Shown here piece after piece: positions 35,945 through 45,053 of a stretch of DNA of 64,000 nt (the first letter of the stretch is position 1; every line of letters starts with the position of its first letter). Both the position numbers and the translations under genes were made by a program. The stretch is from positions 5,922-69,921 of the forward strand of contig JAZUOX010000013.1 of NCBI GenBank assembly GCA_045604905.1, given 5' to 3'. The notes under the pieces are model-generated. The model was not told the DNA's origin, did no database searches, and saw only the letters and a program-made list of their open reading frames with translations. This DNA comes from Clostridia bacterium. GTDB taxonomy: Bacteria > Bacillota > Clostridia > UMGS1883.

Positions 35945-36855
35945 TAGTGAGCACCTCCGATTATATTTTCTAAACTATCAATTTTATACTTATCCATTAC
36001 ACGAGGAAGATCCTCAATAATGTTTTTGCACGCATAAGGCTCAACCAGGTTCGCTGCACCTACCTGTACTGCAGTCGCACCTGCAAGCATCATTTCGATA
36101 ACATCCTCAGCAGTAGTAATACCGCCCATACCGATTATCGGAATTTTCACCGCTTCATAAACTCTGTAAACCATTGAAAGAGCTACAGGAAGAATTGCAC
36201 TTCCCGAAAAGCCGCCTGATTTAATAGAAAGTATCGGTTTTCTGTTTCTTAAATTGATTCTCATACCCATAAGAGTATTTATCATTGAAATACCGTCTGC
36301 ACCTGCCTCCTCGCAAGCCTTTGCAATAGACACAATGTCTGTTACGTTAGGAGAAAGCTTCATATAAACAGGCTTTGTGGTAACTTTCTTGACTGCCTTT
36401 GTAATTTCAGCCGCACTTTCCGGACTTGTGCCAAAGCTCATACCCCCGTGCTTTACATTGGGGCAACTGATATTTACCTCAAGGATACCAACCTCGTCCT
36501 GCTTGTCCATTTTTTCGCAGGTGTAAACGTAATCCTCTAACGAAAAACCGCTTACATTGGCAACTGCTTTCTTATTGAAGCACTGGCGGAGTTTCGGAAG
36601 TTCCTCCTCGATTACTTTTTCAACACCAGGATTCTGAAGTCCTACGCAGTTAAGCATACCGCTTGAACTTTCTGCAATTCTGGGAAGAGGATTTCCGTAA
36701 CGGGGGTCCTTTGTAGTTCCCTTAAGAGAAATACTGCCAAGAATATTTATATCATAATAATCTGCAAATTCATAACCGAAACCGAAAGTTCCGCTTGCAG
36801 GAATTATGGGGTTATCAAGTTCGAGTCCTGATAAATTAACATTTAATCTGCCCAT
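35944..36855 (-). CDS. pyrD: dihydroorotate dehydrogenase, catalytic subunit (class 1B)
   Basis: 303 aa. [27 protein letters not shown] and GMGGI motifs. It is paired with pyrK upstream. Confidence 0.9.
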   Translation of the reverse strand: MGRLNVNLSGLELDNPIIPASGTFGFGYEFADYYDINILGSISLKGTTKDPRYGNPLPRIAESSSGMLNCVGLQNPGVEKVIEEELPKLRQCFNKKAVANVSGFSLEDYVYTCEKMDKQDEVGILEVNISCPNVKHGGMSFGTSPESAAEITKAVKKVTTKPVYMKLSPNVTDIVSIAKACEEAGADGISMINTLMGMRINLRNRKPILSIKSGGFSGSAILPVALSMVYRVYEAVKIPIIGMGGITTAEDVIEMMLAGATAVQVGAANLVEPYACKNIIEDLPRVMDKYKIDSLENIIGGAH

Positions 36856-37580
36856 TTTACTTCCTCCTTTACAAGGACGGGACCGTCCTTACAGATACGC
36901 TTGTTGCCGTAAAGGGTTTCGCAGGTACATCCCATACAAGCACCAAAACCGCAACCCATTCTCGCCTCAAAGCTCATCTGACCGCTGACGGTTGTATTGT
37001 CGTATATCGCACGAAGCATCGGCTCCGGTCCGCAAGTGAAGAAATATCCGTAATCAAGGGATTTCATAGCATCTGTTACAAAGCCTTTTACGCCGTAGCT
37101 GCCATCTGCAGTTGCAACAATCGTTTCTATTCCTAGAGCCTTGAATTCTTCTTCATAGAAGACCTCCGACTTTTTGTTGAAGCCAAGAACTACTGACGGC
37201 TTTTTTCCTGCTTTAATAAGTTCTTTTGCAAGTAGGTACATAGGTGGAACACCTGCACCTCCTCCTATAAGAACAGGGTTATCTGTAGTTTTTGAAAGGT
37301 CGTAACCGTTACCGAGACCTGTGAGGATGTCAATCTTTTCCCCTGCCTGCATATCTGCCATAGCCTCTGTCCCGTGTCCTACAACCTTGTATATGATTGT
37401 AAGCAAATCGTCCTGACAGTCACAAACTGAAATCGGTCTTCTTAAAAAGAATCCATCCAGCTTAAGATTAACAAACTGTCCGGGACGAGTAATGTCACTG
37501 CAGTCGCCACGAAGCACCATTTCGTATGTAATATCTGCAATGCATTTATTTGAGACTATTTCAAAAATACTCTGTTTCAT
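36843..37580 (-). CDS. pyrK: dihydroorotate dehydrogenase electron-transfer subunit (FAD/[2Fe-2S])
   Basis: RRPISV (FAD), GGGAGVPP (NAD-type fold) and the C-terminal cluster CGFGACMGCTC. I prefer ATG at 37580 (GGAGG upstream, immediately after the pyrC stop) to 37592. Confidence 0.88.
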   Translation of the reverse strand: MKQSIFEIVSNKCIADITYEMVLRGDCSDITRPGQFVNLKLDGFFLRRPISVCDCQDDLLTIIYKVVGHGTEAMADMQAGEKIDILTGLGNGYDLSKTTDNPVLIGGGAGVPPMYLLAKELIKAGKKPSVVLGFNKKSEVFYEEEFKALGIETIVATADGSYGVKGFVTDAMKSLDYGYFFTCGPEPMLRAIYDNTTVSGQMSFEARMGCGFGACMGCTCETLYGNKRICKDGPVLVKEEVKWAD

Positions 37581-38839
37581 ATTTCCCTCCATACGATTTT
37601 TCCGTTACAAACGGTCATTTTACATCTACCAAGAACTGATTTACCCTCAAATGGGGTAGTTTTTCCCATTGACAGAAATTCTTCCGGATTTATAACATAA
37701 TCCTCATCAAGGCTAAACACTGTAAAGTCAGCTTTTTCGCCTTCTTTAATCATCCCTTTACCGAGATTAAACCGGTTTCTGGGATTTCTGCACATCAACT
37801 CTATAAGCTTTTCAAGAGTGATGATCCCCGTTTTTACAAAGTGAGTATACATAAGCGCAAACGCCGTTTCTATACCGACAATGCCCATCATACTCTTCTC
37901 AAGACCCCTGCTCTTTTCCTCAATGCTATGAGGTGCGTGGTCTGTGGCAATCATGTCAATTGTTCCGTCAAGAATACCCTCGATAAGCGCCTCCCTATCC
38001 TCTTTATTTCCCAGAGGCGGATTCATCTTGAACTTTGCATCTTCACAAAGATTATCTTCTGTAAGAATAAGATAATGGGGGGCTGTTTCGCAGGTGACAT
38101 TAACCCCTCTTTCTTTTGCATCACGGATTAAAGCAACGCTTTCCTTTGTGGAAATATGGCATACATGGTAATAGCAACCTGTTTTTTCAGCAAGTTTTAT
38201 ATCTCTCTCAACCATCTTCCATTCACTTTCGGGAACAATACCGCGGTGATTGTGAGCTTTTGAATACTCACCCTCACGGATATAACCCCCGTTAAGAAGG
38301 TCATTAACTTCACAGTGTGCGGCAATGATTTTGCCGGTTTTCTTAACCTTCTCCATTGCGCTTGTCATCATAGCATCTTCTTGCACGCCTTTGCCGTCGT
38401 CAGAATATGCAACTGCAAAATCTGAAAGTCCTTCTATATCGGAAAGCCCTTCCCCTTTCTGTCCTACGGTAATTGCACCGTAAGGATGCACACCGATAAC
38501 CGCATCACGCTCAATGATATCAATCTGAGCTTTTATATTATCTATGCTGTCGGGTACGGGATTAAGATTCGGCATTGAACACACATCTGTATAACCGCCT
38601 CTTGCACAAGCCATTGTTCCTGATTTAATTGTTTCTTTATACGAAAAACCCGGCTCTCGCAAATGAACATGAACATCTGCAAAACCGGGGAATATATAAC
38701 AATTATTAAAATCATAAACCTCGGCATCGGAAACAGTACCGCTGCCGATAGAAACAACTATCCCATTCTCAACAAGCAAGTCAGTTTTTGTAAATCCGTT
38801 TTCAAGCAAAACGCTTGCGTTTTTGAATAAGTGTCTCAT
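37577..38839 (-). CDS. pyrC: dihydroorotase
   Basis: 420 aa. DVHVHLREPG, CHIS and ATDHAPH metal-ligand motifs. AGGAGGAA RBS. Confidence 0.9.
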   Translation of the reverse strand: MRHLFKNASVLLENGFTKTDLLVENGIVVSIGSGTVSDAEVYDFNNCYIFPGFADVHVHLREPGFSYKETIKSGTMACARGGYTDVCSMPNLNPVPDSIDNIKAQIDIIERDAVIGVHPYGAITVGQKGEGLSDIEGLSDFAVAYSDDGKGVQEDAMMTSAMEKVKKTGKIIAAHCEVNDLLNGGYIREGEYSKAHNHRGIVPESEWKMVERDIKLAEKTGCYYHVCHISTKESVALIRDAKERGVNVTCETAPHYLILTEDNLCEDAKFKMNPPLGNKEDREALIEGILDGTIDMIATDHAPHSIEEKSRGLEKSMMGIVGIETAFALMYTHFVKTGIITLEKLIELMCRNPRNRFNLGKGMIKEGEKADFTVFSLDEDYVINPEEFLSMGKTTPFEGKSVLGRCKMTVCNGKIVWREI

Positions 38840-38868
38840 GATTTCCTCCTATCAATCTAACTCTTATA

Positions 38869-38897
38869 AGTATACCACAAAGAGAATGAAGTGTCAA
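38869..38897 (-). promoter_or_regulatory. sigma-A type promoter of the pyr operon: TTGACA, 17 nt, TATACT
   Basis: Read on the minus strand, the -35 is at 38897-38892 and the -10 at 38874-38869. The leader to the pyrC ATG is only about 25 nt, so no attenuator fits here. Confidence 0.55.
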
Positions 38898-38924
38898 ATG
38901 TTTTACGGCATTTTTTCTTTTTAT

Positions 38925-38953
38925 TTGACACTTTATTTTCATAGTGTTATAAT
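38925..38953 (+). promoter_or_regulatory. consensus sigma-A promoter: TTGACA, 17 nt, TATAAT
   Basis: -35 at 38925-38930, -10 at 38948-38953, with a 17-nt spacer. It is divergent from the pyr promoter and drives the permease-metF unit. Confidence 0.6.
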
Positions 38954-38970
38954 ATCTTTGATAATGTAAA

Positions 38971-40086
38971 ATGGAGGAATATTTTGTGGCGAGGGTTACA
39001 GATTTTATAAAAAAGAATATTGTGCTTTGTATAGCTTTTCTTGCAGCTCTTGCTACAAGTATAATTATAGAACCGGACAAGGAATATATCGGATATTTTG
39101 ACTTCAAAACACTGACCTGCCTCTTCTGTGTTCTTGCAGTGGTATGTGCATTGCGCAATGTTAACTTTTTTTACATACTTGCGCAAAAGATTGTTCACCG
39201 CTTCAAAACCACAAGAGCTTGCGTGTTAGCTCTTGTTTACATAACCTTTATCGGTTCAATGCTTATTGCCAACGACATGGCTCTTCTGACATTTCTGCCA
39301 CTTGGGTACTATGTGCTTTCTTCCACAGACAAAGGCAATTATATGAGTTTCACTTTCATAATGCAGAATATCGCCGCAAACTTAGGAGGTATGCTTACAC
39401 CTTTCGGTAATCCTCAGAATTTATATCTGTATTCAAAATTCAATATTCCGACACTTGAATTTATGAAAATAATGGTACTGCCGTTTATTATATCTATCGC
39501 AGTTATAACAATTTGCTGTATGTTTGTTGAAAATGATCCTCTGAAAATAGAGAATACTCTCCTTAACACAAGTAAATGGAGGATAGTCATATATCTTCTT
39601 TTGTTTGCGTTTTCAATAGCCATCGTTTTTCGCACAATTCCATATCATCTCGGTTTCATTATAATTCCGGCGCTTTTAATTCTTGACAGGAAAGCTTTAA
39701 AAGATGTTGACTATGCACTGCTTTTTACTTTTGTGTTTTTCTTTATTTTTGCAGGCAATATGTCAAGAATAGACATTGTAAAAGATGTTTTCTCATACTT
39801 TCTCAATAAAAGCACACTTATTTTCAGTGTCATCTCCTGCCAGATTATCAGCAATGTTCCGTCAGCAATACTTCTTTCTCAGTTTACTGAAAACTATCCA
39901 GACCTTCTTATAGGTGTCAACATCGGCGGAGTGGGCACTCTGATATCGTCTCTTGCAAGTCTTATAACATTCCGCGAATATTCAAAGCATAATCCTAACA
40001 AGATTTTAAGCTATGTGGGGAAATTTTCGGTGTACAATTTCGGTTTCCTGTTTATATTGGTTTTAATCCAGCTAATTTTCGGATAA
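38971..40086 (+). CDS. ArsB/NhaD-superfamily ion permease (anion/citrate-transporter-like)
   Basis: About 370 aa with roughly 10-11 TM. GNPQNLYL and IGGVGTLISSLASL resemble CitMHS/ArsB-type repeats. The start is uncertain: ATG 38971 has no SD, while in-frame GTG 38986 lies 7 nt after GGAGGA. Confidence 0.65.
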   Translation: MEEYFVARVTDFIKKNIVLCIAFLAALATSIIIEPDKEYIGYFDFKTLTCLFCVLAVVCALRNVNFFYILAQKIVHRFKTTRACVLALVYITFIGSMLIANDMALLTFLPLGYYVLSSTDKGNYMSFTFIMQNIAANLGGMLTPFGNPQNLYLYSKFNIPTLEFMKIMVLPFIISIAVITICCMFVENDPLKIENTLLNTSKWRIVIYLLLFAFSIAIVFRTIPYHLGFIIIPALLILDRKALKDVDYALLFTFVFFFIFAGNMSRIDIVKDVFSYFLNKSTLIFSVISCQIISNVPSAILLSQFTENYPDLLIGVNIGGVGTLISSLASLITFREYSKHNPNKILSYVGKFSVYNFGFLFILVLIQLIFG

Positions 40087-40098
40087 GGAGCATTTATT

Positions 40099-40983
40099 AT
40101 GAAAATCATAAACATTCTTACAGAAAAAAAGCTTACTCTTTCTTTCGAGGTGTTTCCGCCTAAGACAGAAACAAGCTTTGAAAGTGTAAAAAGCGCTACG
40201 GAAGAAATTGCAAAGCTCAAACCTTCTTTTATGAGCGTCACCTACGGTGCAGGCGGTGGCACAAGCAAATATACTCTTGATATTGCAAAAAATATAAAAG
40301 AGCTTTACGATGTTCCTACCCTTGCCCATCTTACCTGTGTTTCATCCACAAAAGAAACAGTCAAGGAAAAAATCCGTGATATTATAAACGCAGGTATACA
40401 GAATGTTATGGCACTTCGCGGTGATATTCCGAAAGAACTTATGGACGAAGACCGATCAAAGTGGGATTATATCCACGCAATTGAGCTTGTAAGAGAGCTT
40501 AAAGAGTCAGGGGTTGATTTCTGCATAGGCGGAGCTTGTTATCCTGAAATACATCCGGAAAGTCCGAATCAGAGAGACGACATAAAGTTTCTCAAAGAAA
40601 AAGTTTCTGCCGGTTGCGATTTTCTTACTACGCAGATGTTTTTTGATAACAATCTCTTGTATAATTTCCTTTATAAAATCCGCGAAGCAGGCATCACCGT
40701 GCCGGTTATTCCCGGTATTATGCCCATAACCAATTCAAATCAGGTAGAGCGTGCAATAAAGCTTTCCGGCTCATTTATGCCACAGAGATTCAGGACCATT
40801 GTGGATAAGTTCGGGTCTGACCCTGATTCGATGATGCAGGCAGGAATTGCGTATGCTACGGACCAGATTATCGACCTTTATGCAAACGGAATCACAAATA
40901 TTCATGTATATTCAATGAATAAGCCTTTTGTTGCAGAGAAGATAAGGAATAATCTTTCTTCGATTCTCGGAAAAGAATTTTAA
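40099..40983 (+). CDS. metF: 5,10-methylenetetrahydrofolate reductase
   Basis: 294 aa. SFEVFPPKT, SVTYGAGGGT and ALRGD motifs. AAGGAG RBS. Confidence 0.88.
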   Translation: MKIINILTEKKLTLSFEVFPPKTETSFESVKSATEEIAKLKPSFMSVTYGAGGGTSKYTLDIAKNIKELYDVPTLAHLTCVSSTKETVKEKIRDIINAGIQNVMALRGDIPKELMDEDRSKWDYIHAIELVRELKESGVDFCIGGACYPEIHPESPNQRDDIKFLKEKVSAGCDFLTTQMFFDNNLLYNFLYKIREAGITVPVIPGIMPITNSNQVERAIKLSGSFMPQRFRTIVDKFGSDPDSMMQAGIAYATDQIIDLYANGITNIHVYSMNKPFVAEKIRNNLSSILGKEF

Positions 40984-40992
40984 GCTTTTCTA

Positions 40993-41021
40993 TTGACAAA
41001 ATCTCAAATCAGTGCTATTAT
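40993..41021 (+). promoter_or_regulatory. sigma-A type promoter of the T-box/trpB unit: TTGACA, 17 nt, TATTAT
   Basis: -35 at 40993-40998 and -10 at 41016-41021, directly after the metF stop. Confidence 0.5.
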
Positions 41022-41042
41022 AATTTCAAATTAAAACAAACC

Positions 41043-41288
41043 GTTGAGGCAGAAAAAAGGTAGAATCGGGCCTTTTGAGCGAGTGGATTACGGTGTGAGT
41101 TCCACAGGTCTCTCTACGCAATATGGACTGCTGAGGGCAGTGTTAAATGCACTGACGTATGGCTCGCGTGAGTAGCCGGGGATATGTTTGTATTCTCAGA
41201 GTGTACGGATTACCGTAAATCAGGGTGGCACCGCGGATAAAGTTTATTCGTCCCTGACAGAGCAAGTATGTTCTGTCGGGGATTTTTA
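41043..41288 (+). promoter_or_regulatory. T-box riboswitch leader with a predicted Trp (UGG) specifier
   Basis: Stem I has an AG bulge (AGCGA, 41078-41082) and a distal loop (GGUGUGA). The specifier-loop 3' side is GCAAUAUGGA, with UGG at 41124-41126 followed by A. The T-box sequence AAUCAGGGUGGCACCGCG is at 41218-41235. The terminator CCCTGACAGA/TCTGTCGGGG plus T5 is at 41252-41288. Confidence 0.85.
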
Positions 41289-41389
41289 TTTTCCGACAAT
41301 GTGGAGGTTTTATTATGGTTTTACTTACTATGCGATGGCGACACTTCTGATAATTTCTAATATACTTTAAATATACGGAGGTAATAAAT

Positions 41390-42607
41390 ATGAATTTTAA
41401 CGGAATTGACTTTAACACTTATTTTAAACACTATCCTAATAACGAAGGATTTTTCGGCAAGTACGGTGGAGCATACATTGCCCCGGAACTAAAGAAAGCT
41501 ATGAAAGAAATCACCGAAGCATATCAGACAATCTGTAAATCTCGTAAATTTATTGACGAGCTTCGCAGAATCCGTAAGGAATTTCAGGGTCGTCCCACCC
41601 CTATTTCTCATCTTGACCGACTTTCTGCAAAGTACGGAAATGTTCAGCTTTATGCAAAGCGTGAAGACCTTAACCATTCAGGTGCCCACAAGCTCAATCA
41701 CTGTATGGGAGAAGCACTTCTCGCAAAATATATGGGCAAGAAAAAGGTTATCGCAGAAACAGGTGCCGGTCAGCACGGGGTAGCACTTGCTACTGCTGCA
41801 GCATATTTTGGTCTTGAATGTGATATCTATATGGGTTCTGTAGATATTAAGAAACAGGCTCCCAATGTAGCCAGAATGAAAATCTTAGGTGCAAATGTTG
41901 TAGAAGTTACAGAGGGACTTCAGACTCTTAAAGAAGCTGTTGACGCAGCTTTTAAGGCTTACGCACAAGAGTATAAAGATGCAATCTACTGCATAGGCTC
42001 AGTTCTCGGACCGCATCCCTTCCCCATGATGGTAAGAGATTTTCAGAGTGTTGTCGGAATCGAAGCAAGAGAGCAGTTTATTGATATGACAGGCGAACTT
42101 CCCGATGCGGTTGTCGCTTGCGTTGGCGGTGGTTCAAATGCAATGGGTATGTTCTCAGGATTCCTTAATGATCCCGTTGACCTTTACGGGGTTGAACCCC
42201 TCGGAAGAGGCGAAAAGCTCGGCGATCACGCGGCAAGCCTTAAGTACGGTACTGAAGGTATTATGCACGGTTTCAACAGCATAATGCTTAAGGATGAAAA
42301 CGGCGAGCCTGCTCCTGTTTACTCCGTTGCAAGCGGCCTTGATTATCCATCTTCAGGCCCTGAACATGCATTTCTTCACGACCTTGGCAGAGTTACCTAT
42401 GATGTTATAAATGACGATGAAACAATTGATGCATTCTTTGAGCTTTCAAGGATGGAGGGTATTATCCCCGCTATCGAAAGCGCTCATGCCGTTGCTTACG
42501 GTATCAAACTTGCAAAAACTCTCGGTAAAGGCTCTGTCCTTATTAACCTTTCAGGCAGAGGCGATAAAGATATGGACTATGTTATTGAAAACTACGGAAT
42601 AAGATAA
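41390..42607 (+). CDS. trpB: tryptophan synthase beta chain (stand-alone)
   Basis: 405 aa. [29 protein letters not shown] (PLP lysine), [10 protein letters not shown] and GGGSNAMG motifs. GGAGG RBS. No trpA is adjacent. Confidence 0.88.
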   Translation: MNFNGIDFNTYFKHYPNNEGFFGKYGGAYIAPELKKAMKEITEAYQTICKSRKFIDELRRIRKEFQGRPTPISHLDRLSAKYGNVQLYAKREDLNHSGAHKLNHCMGEALLAKYMGKKKVIAETGAGQHGVALATAAAYFGLECDIYMGSVDIKKQAPNVARMKILGANVVEVTEGLQTLKEAVDAAFKAYAQEYKDAIYCIGSVLGPHPFPMMVRDFQSVVGIEAREQFIDMTGELPDAVVACVGGGSNAMGMFSGFLNDPVDLYGVEPLGRGEKLGDHAASLKYGTEGIMHGFNSIMLKDENGEPAPVYSVASGLDYPSSGPEHAFLHDLGRVTYDVINDDETIDAFFELSRMEGIIPAIESAHAVAYGIKLAKTLGKGSVLINLSGRGDKDMDYVIENYGIR

Positions 42608-42656
42608 GAACTCTCATTCATGGCAAACATAGTCTGATAAAAAAGTTTGCATTATA

Positions 42657-42700
42657 CAAAAAATACTGTTAAAAGTTTTTGCTTTTAACAGTATTTTTTT
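42657..42700. terminator. bidirectional intrinsic terminator
   Basis: ATACTGTTAAAAG (42663-42675) pairs with CTTTTAACAGTAT (42682-42694). It is flanked by an A6 run and a T7 run, between convergent genes. Confidence 0.8.
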
Positions 42701-42709
42701 GTTTGAAAT

Positions 42710-43663
42710 TCATATCATATTAACGGCTTTTTCCAATGCTTCCACAATTTCTTTTGAATAGTCAGCCATCACGACTTCGTTTTCTTCTCCTGAAAGGAAT
42801 TTGACAACTTCAACAAGCTGCCTTTCAATAAGGCTAGGATAGTGGTCTCCATCATTATCCATTCTTACGAAATCACCCTTATCTTCACTTACCCATAACT
42901 GATAACCGTTCCGAATCTGCGCAATGCCATCTGTAAAATAGAAATTCACTTCATAACGGTCATTGATATGTGTGCCACAATATGTAAATGCTCCACTTAC
43001 GCCCTCAGAAAATTTAACAAGAAGCTGAACACTTGCTGCAACATCGTGGTCTGTAATGAAATTATTTCCAAGCGCTGTTATATCTTCAATATGAAGTCCT
43101 GTTGTATACATAACCTTATCCAGGGTATGTGCACCGAAATTTGTGATTATTCCCCCGCCGGACTGGGCTTTGTCAAGGAACCACGCAGGGCGATTCGAAA
43201 AATAGTCCTGATTTCTCACTTCTGTAACTGAGCAAAGTTTCCCAAGACGACCTTCATCTATCATCTTTTTAAGAGTTCTGTAGCAGTCATGATATTTCTG
43301 CACATGACCGATAAGAAGTGCAGCACCACTTTTTTTTGCTGCATCAATCATTATATCACATTCCTCTTTTGTGTTTGCCATAGGCTTTTCAACAAGTACG
43401 TTGATACCTTTTTCGAGGAAATATACAGCTACATCCTTGTGCAGGAAATGAGGCAGGTTGATTATAACAATGTCAATTTTTTCGTTCTCTGCCATTACTT
43501 TATAATCAGAATATACTCTTGCATCTGTGCCTTCTGCTACTAAAAGAGCGTTTGCTTCATTTATGTCGCATACTGCTTCCAGAGAACAGGCTTCATTAGA
43601 ATCAATGGCTCTTCTATGTGTTTTACCGATTGCACCGGCACCAACCATTCCTATTTTAAACAT
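42710..43663 (-). CDS. Gfo/Idh/MocA-family NAD(P)-dependent oxidoreductase
   Basis: Rossmann N-terminus MFKIGMVGAGAIGKTH and the EKP motif in VLVEKPMA. I prefer ATG at 43663 (GAAAGG upstream). Confidence 0.85.
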   Translation of the reverse strand: MFKIGMVGAGAIGKTHRRAIDSNEACSLEAVCDINEANALLVAEGTDARVYSDYKVMAENEKIDIVIINLPHFLHKDVAVYFLEKGINVLVEKPMANTKEECDIMIDAAKKSGAALLIGHVQKYHDCYRTLKKMIDEGRLGKLCSVTEVRNQDYFSNRPAWFLDKAQSGGGIITNFGAHTLDKVMYTTGLHIEDITALGNNFITDHDVAASVQLLVKFSEGVSGAFTYCGTHINDRYEVNFYFTDGIAQIRNGYQLWVSEDKGDFVRMDNDGDHYPSLIERQLVEVVKFLSGEENEVVMADYSKEIVEALEKAVNMI

Positions 43664-43676
43664 ACCAAACATCCTT

Positions 43677-45041
43677 TCACTTAGTGTTTATAAGCTTGAA
43701 TATTTCGTCAATACTCTTTTTGGTAACAATGCAGCCCATACCGTTATCTGCCTTCACAACACAATGTCTGTCATCATAAGAATAATATCTGAAAACCTTC
43801 TCCGTTTTATCGTTAAATCCGATTTTTATTGCGCAGTATTCTTCACCACCGGTTGCGTCGTTAACAAAACTGTTTGCAGTAATACCGATTATTGCAGTAT
43901 ATATAGGAGTGAAGTTATCCTTGACTTTGTTTTTGCCATCAACTTTATAATCATACTTATCTTCTGATTTTTTGATTACTTCAATAGAATGTGACTCCTC
44001 GCTGTTTCTGACCTCAATTTTAGCAACAGTACTTATATTGAAAAGATGTACAAATCTGTCAACAAACTCATCGGGTTTGATGTTCTTAACATTCTCATAG
44101 AACGAACATTCAGCACTGTACACAACAGGAACGTCGCCATTCATCACATAAACTTCACCGTTTTCTGCGTAATTGCCCATTTTGATTACGGATGTGCCGT
44201 TTTCATCGGTAACGGTAAGAATATAGGGTTTATCAAGTCCGTACTTTGCAAGATTCTTCGGATTTTCTTCCACAATTGCTGTAGCAGTAACAGAACTAAG
44301 GCTCTGACAGAATATTGCTATACTGTCAGCATTTGCTTTAACACCATCATAAGGATATTTAAGCATATGCTCGTGAATATTCTGTCCTGAAACTGTACTG
44401 GTGCTTATATATTTCACATCAAGAAGCTTTGCATTTCCTCTGCTGATTGAAAAATCCGATACTGTTTCGCCTGATATTTGGGCAACTTCCTTGTTTCGGT
44501 ACTCTTCAGGATGTACAAGAAGCGGACCTGCAGTATTTGCAGAGATAACATAGACCTTATCGGATACATTACTCGAAGCATAATACTCTCCGCTGAGATT
44601 TGTCGGATTACCGATATAAACTATTTTTTCTGTACCGTCTTTAAGTTTTACCGACACATATTTTTCAGCATTTTCAAGACCGTAAGAAGAAAGCTCTTTC
44701 GGATCTTCTATAATTCTTTCTGACATAATACTCGTTCCGTTGAACAGCGCCATATAAAGGTCTTTTTCGTTTATGATATGACTGATGTACCCCTCTATAG
44801 CCGGAATTTCACCGTTTATAACGGAGTAAGTTATTTCTCCTGTACTGAAAGTGATCCTTTCAACATCATCGGTTTTTTCATTGATTATATAACCGGAATC
44901 CGAAGAGCCTGTTGTTTCGGAAAAATCTGCCAAAGGTTCTTCTTTTCTTTCCGGCATAAGCTCAGGAAGTATATAAAATACCCCTAAAAGAAATGCAAGC
45001 ACAAGAATTGCTACCAAAAGCGTTTTAAGATTTTTTTTCAT
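43677..45041 (-). CDS. membrane-anchored beta-rich protein, DUF4340-like accessory component of the ABC-2/GldG-type system
   Basis: 454 aa with an N-terminal TM anchor (LLVAILVLAFLLGVFYIL). The repetitive beta-rich ectodomain and the position directly after a GldG-like gene are typical of DUF4340. This assignment comes from context and layout, not a search. Confidence 0.6.
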   Translation of the reverse strand: MKKNLKTLLVAILVLAFLLGVFYILPELMPERKEEPLADFSETTGSSDSGYIINEKTDDVERITFSTGEITYSVINGEIPAIEGYISHIINEKDLYMALFNGTSIMSERIIEDPKELSSYGLENAEKYVSVKLKDGTEKIVYIGNPTNLSGEYYASSNVSDKVYVISANTAGPLLVHPEEYRNKEVAQISGETVSDFSISRGNAKLLDVKYISTSTVSGQNIHEHMLKYPYDGVKANADSIAIFCQSLSSVTATAIVEENPKNLAKYGLDKPYILTVTDENGTSVIKMGNYAENGEVYVMNGDVPVVYSAECSFYENVKNIKPDEFVDRFVHLFNISTVAKIEVRNSEESHSIEVIKKSEDKYDYKVDGKNKVKDNFTPIYTAIIGITANSFVNDATGGEEYCAIKIGFNDKTEKVFRYYSYDDRHCVVKADNGMGCIVTKKSIDEIFKLINTK

Positions 45042-45053
45042 TTCATCAATTCC

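Noticed and set aside
38840-38868. A PyrR-binding attenuator at the head of the pyr operon or in the pyrE-pyrB spacer (34221-34579).
   Set aside because: The pyrC leader is about 25 nt. The only GAGAGG-containing match in the spacer (CGCCGAGAGGTGAAG) is on the plus strand, which is antisense to the operon. No ARUCCAGAGAGGYU box occurs on the transcript strand, and no pyrR gene is in the locus.
38802-39198. Two overlapping minus-strand ORFs (118 and 83 aa) spanning the divergent promoter region.
   Set aside because: They run through two near-consensus promoters and are antisense to the permease 5' end. The translations are basic, low-complexity sequences with no SD.
41143-41418. A 91-aa minus-strand ORF and a 60-aa plus-strand ORF (41188-41370) between metF and trpB.
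   Set aside because: The region is fully explained by a canonical T-box leader (Stem I, T-box sequence and terminator). The ORFs lack SD sites.
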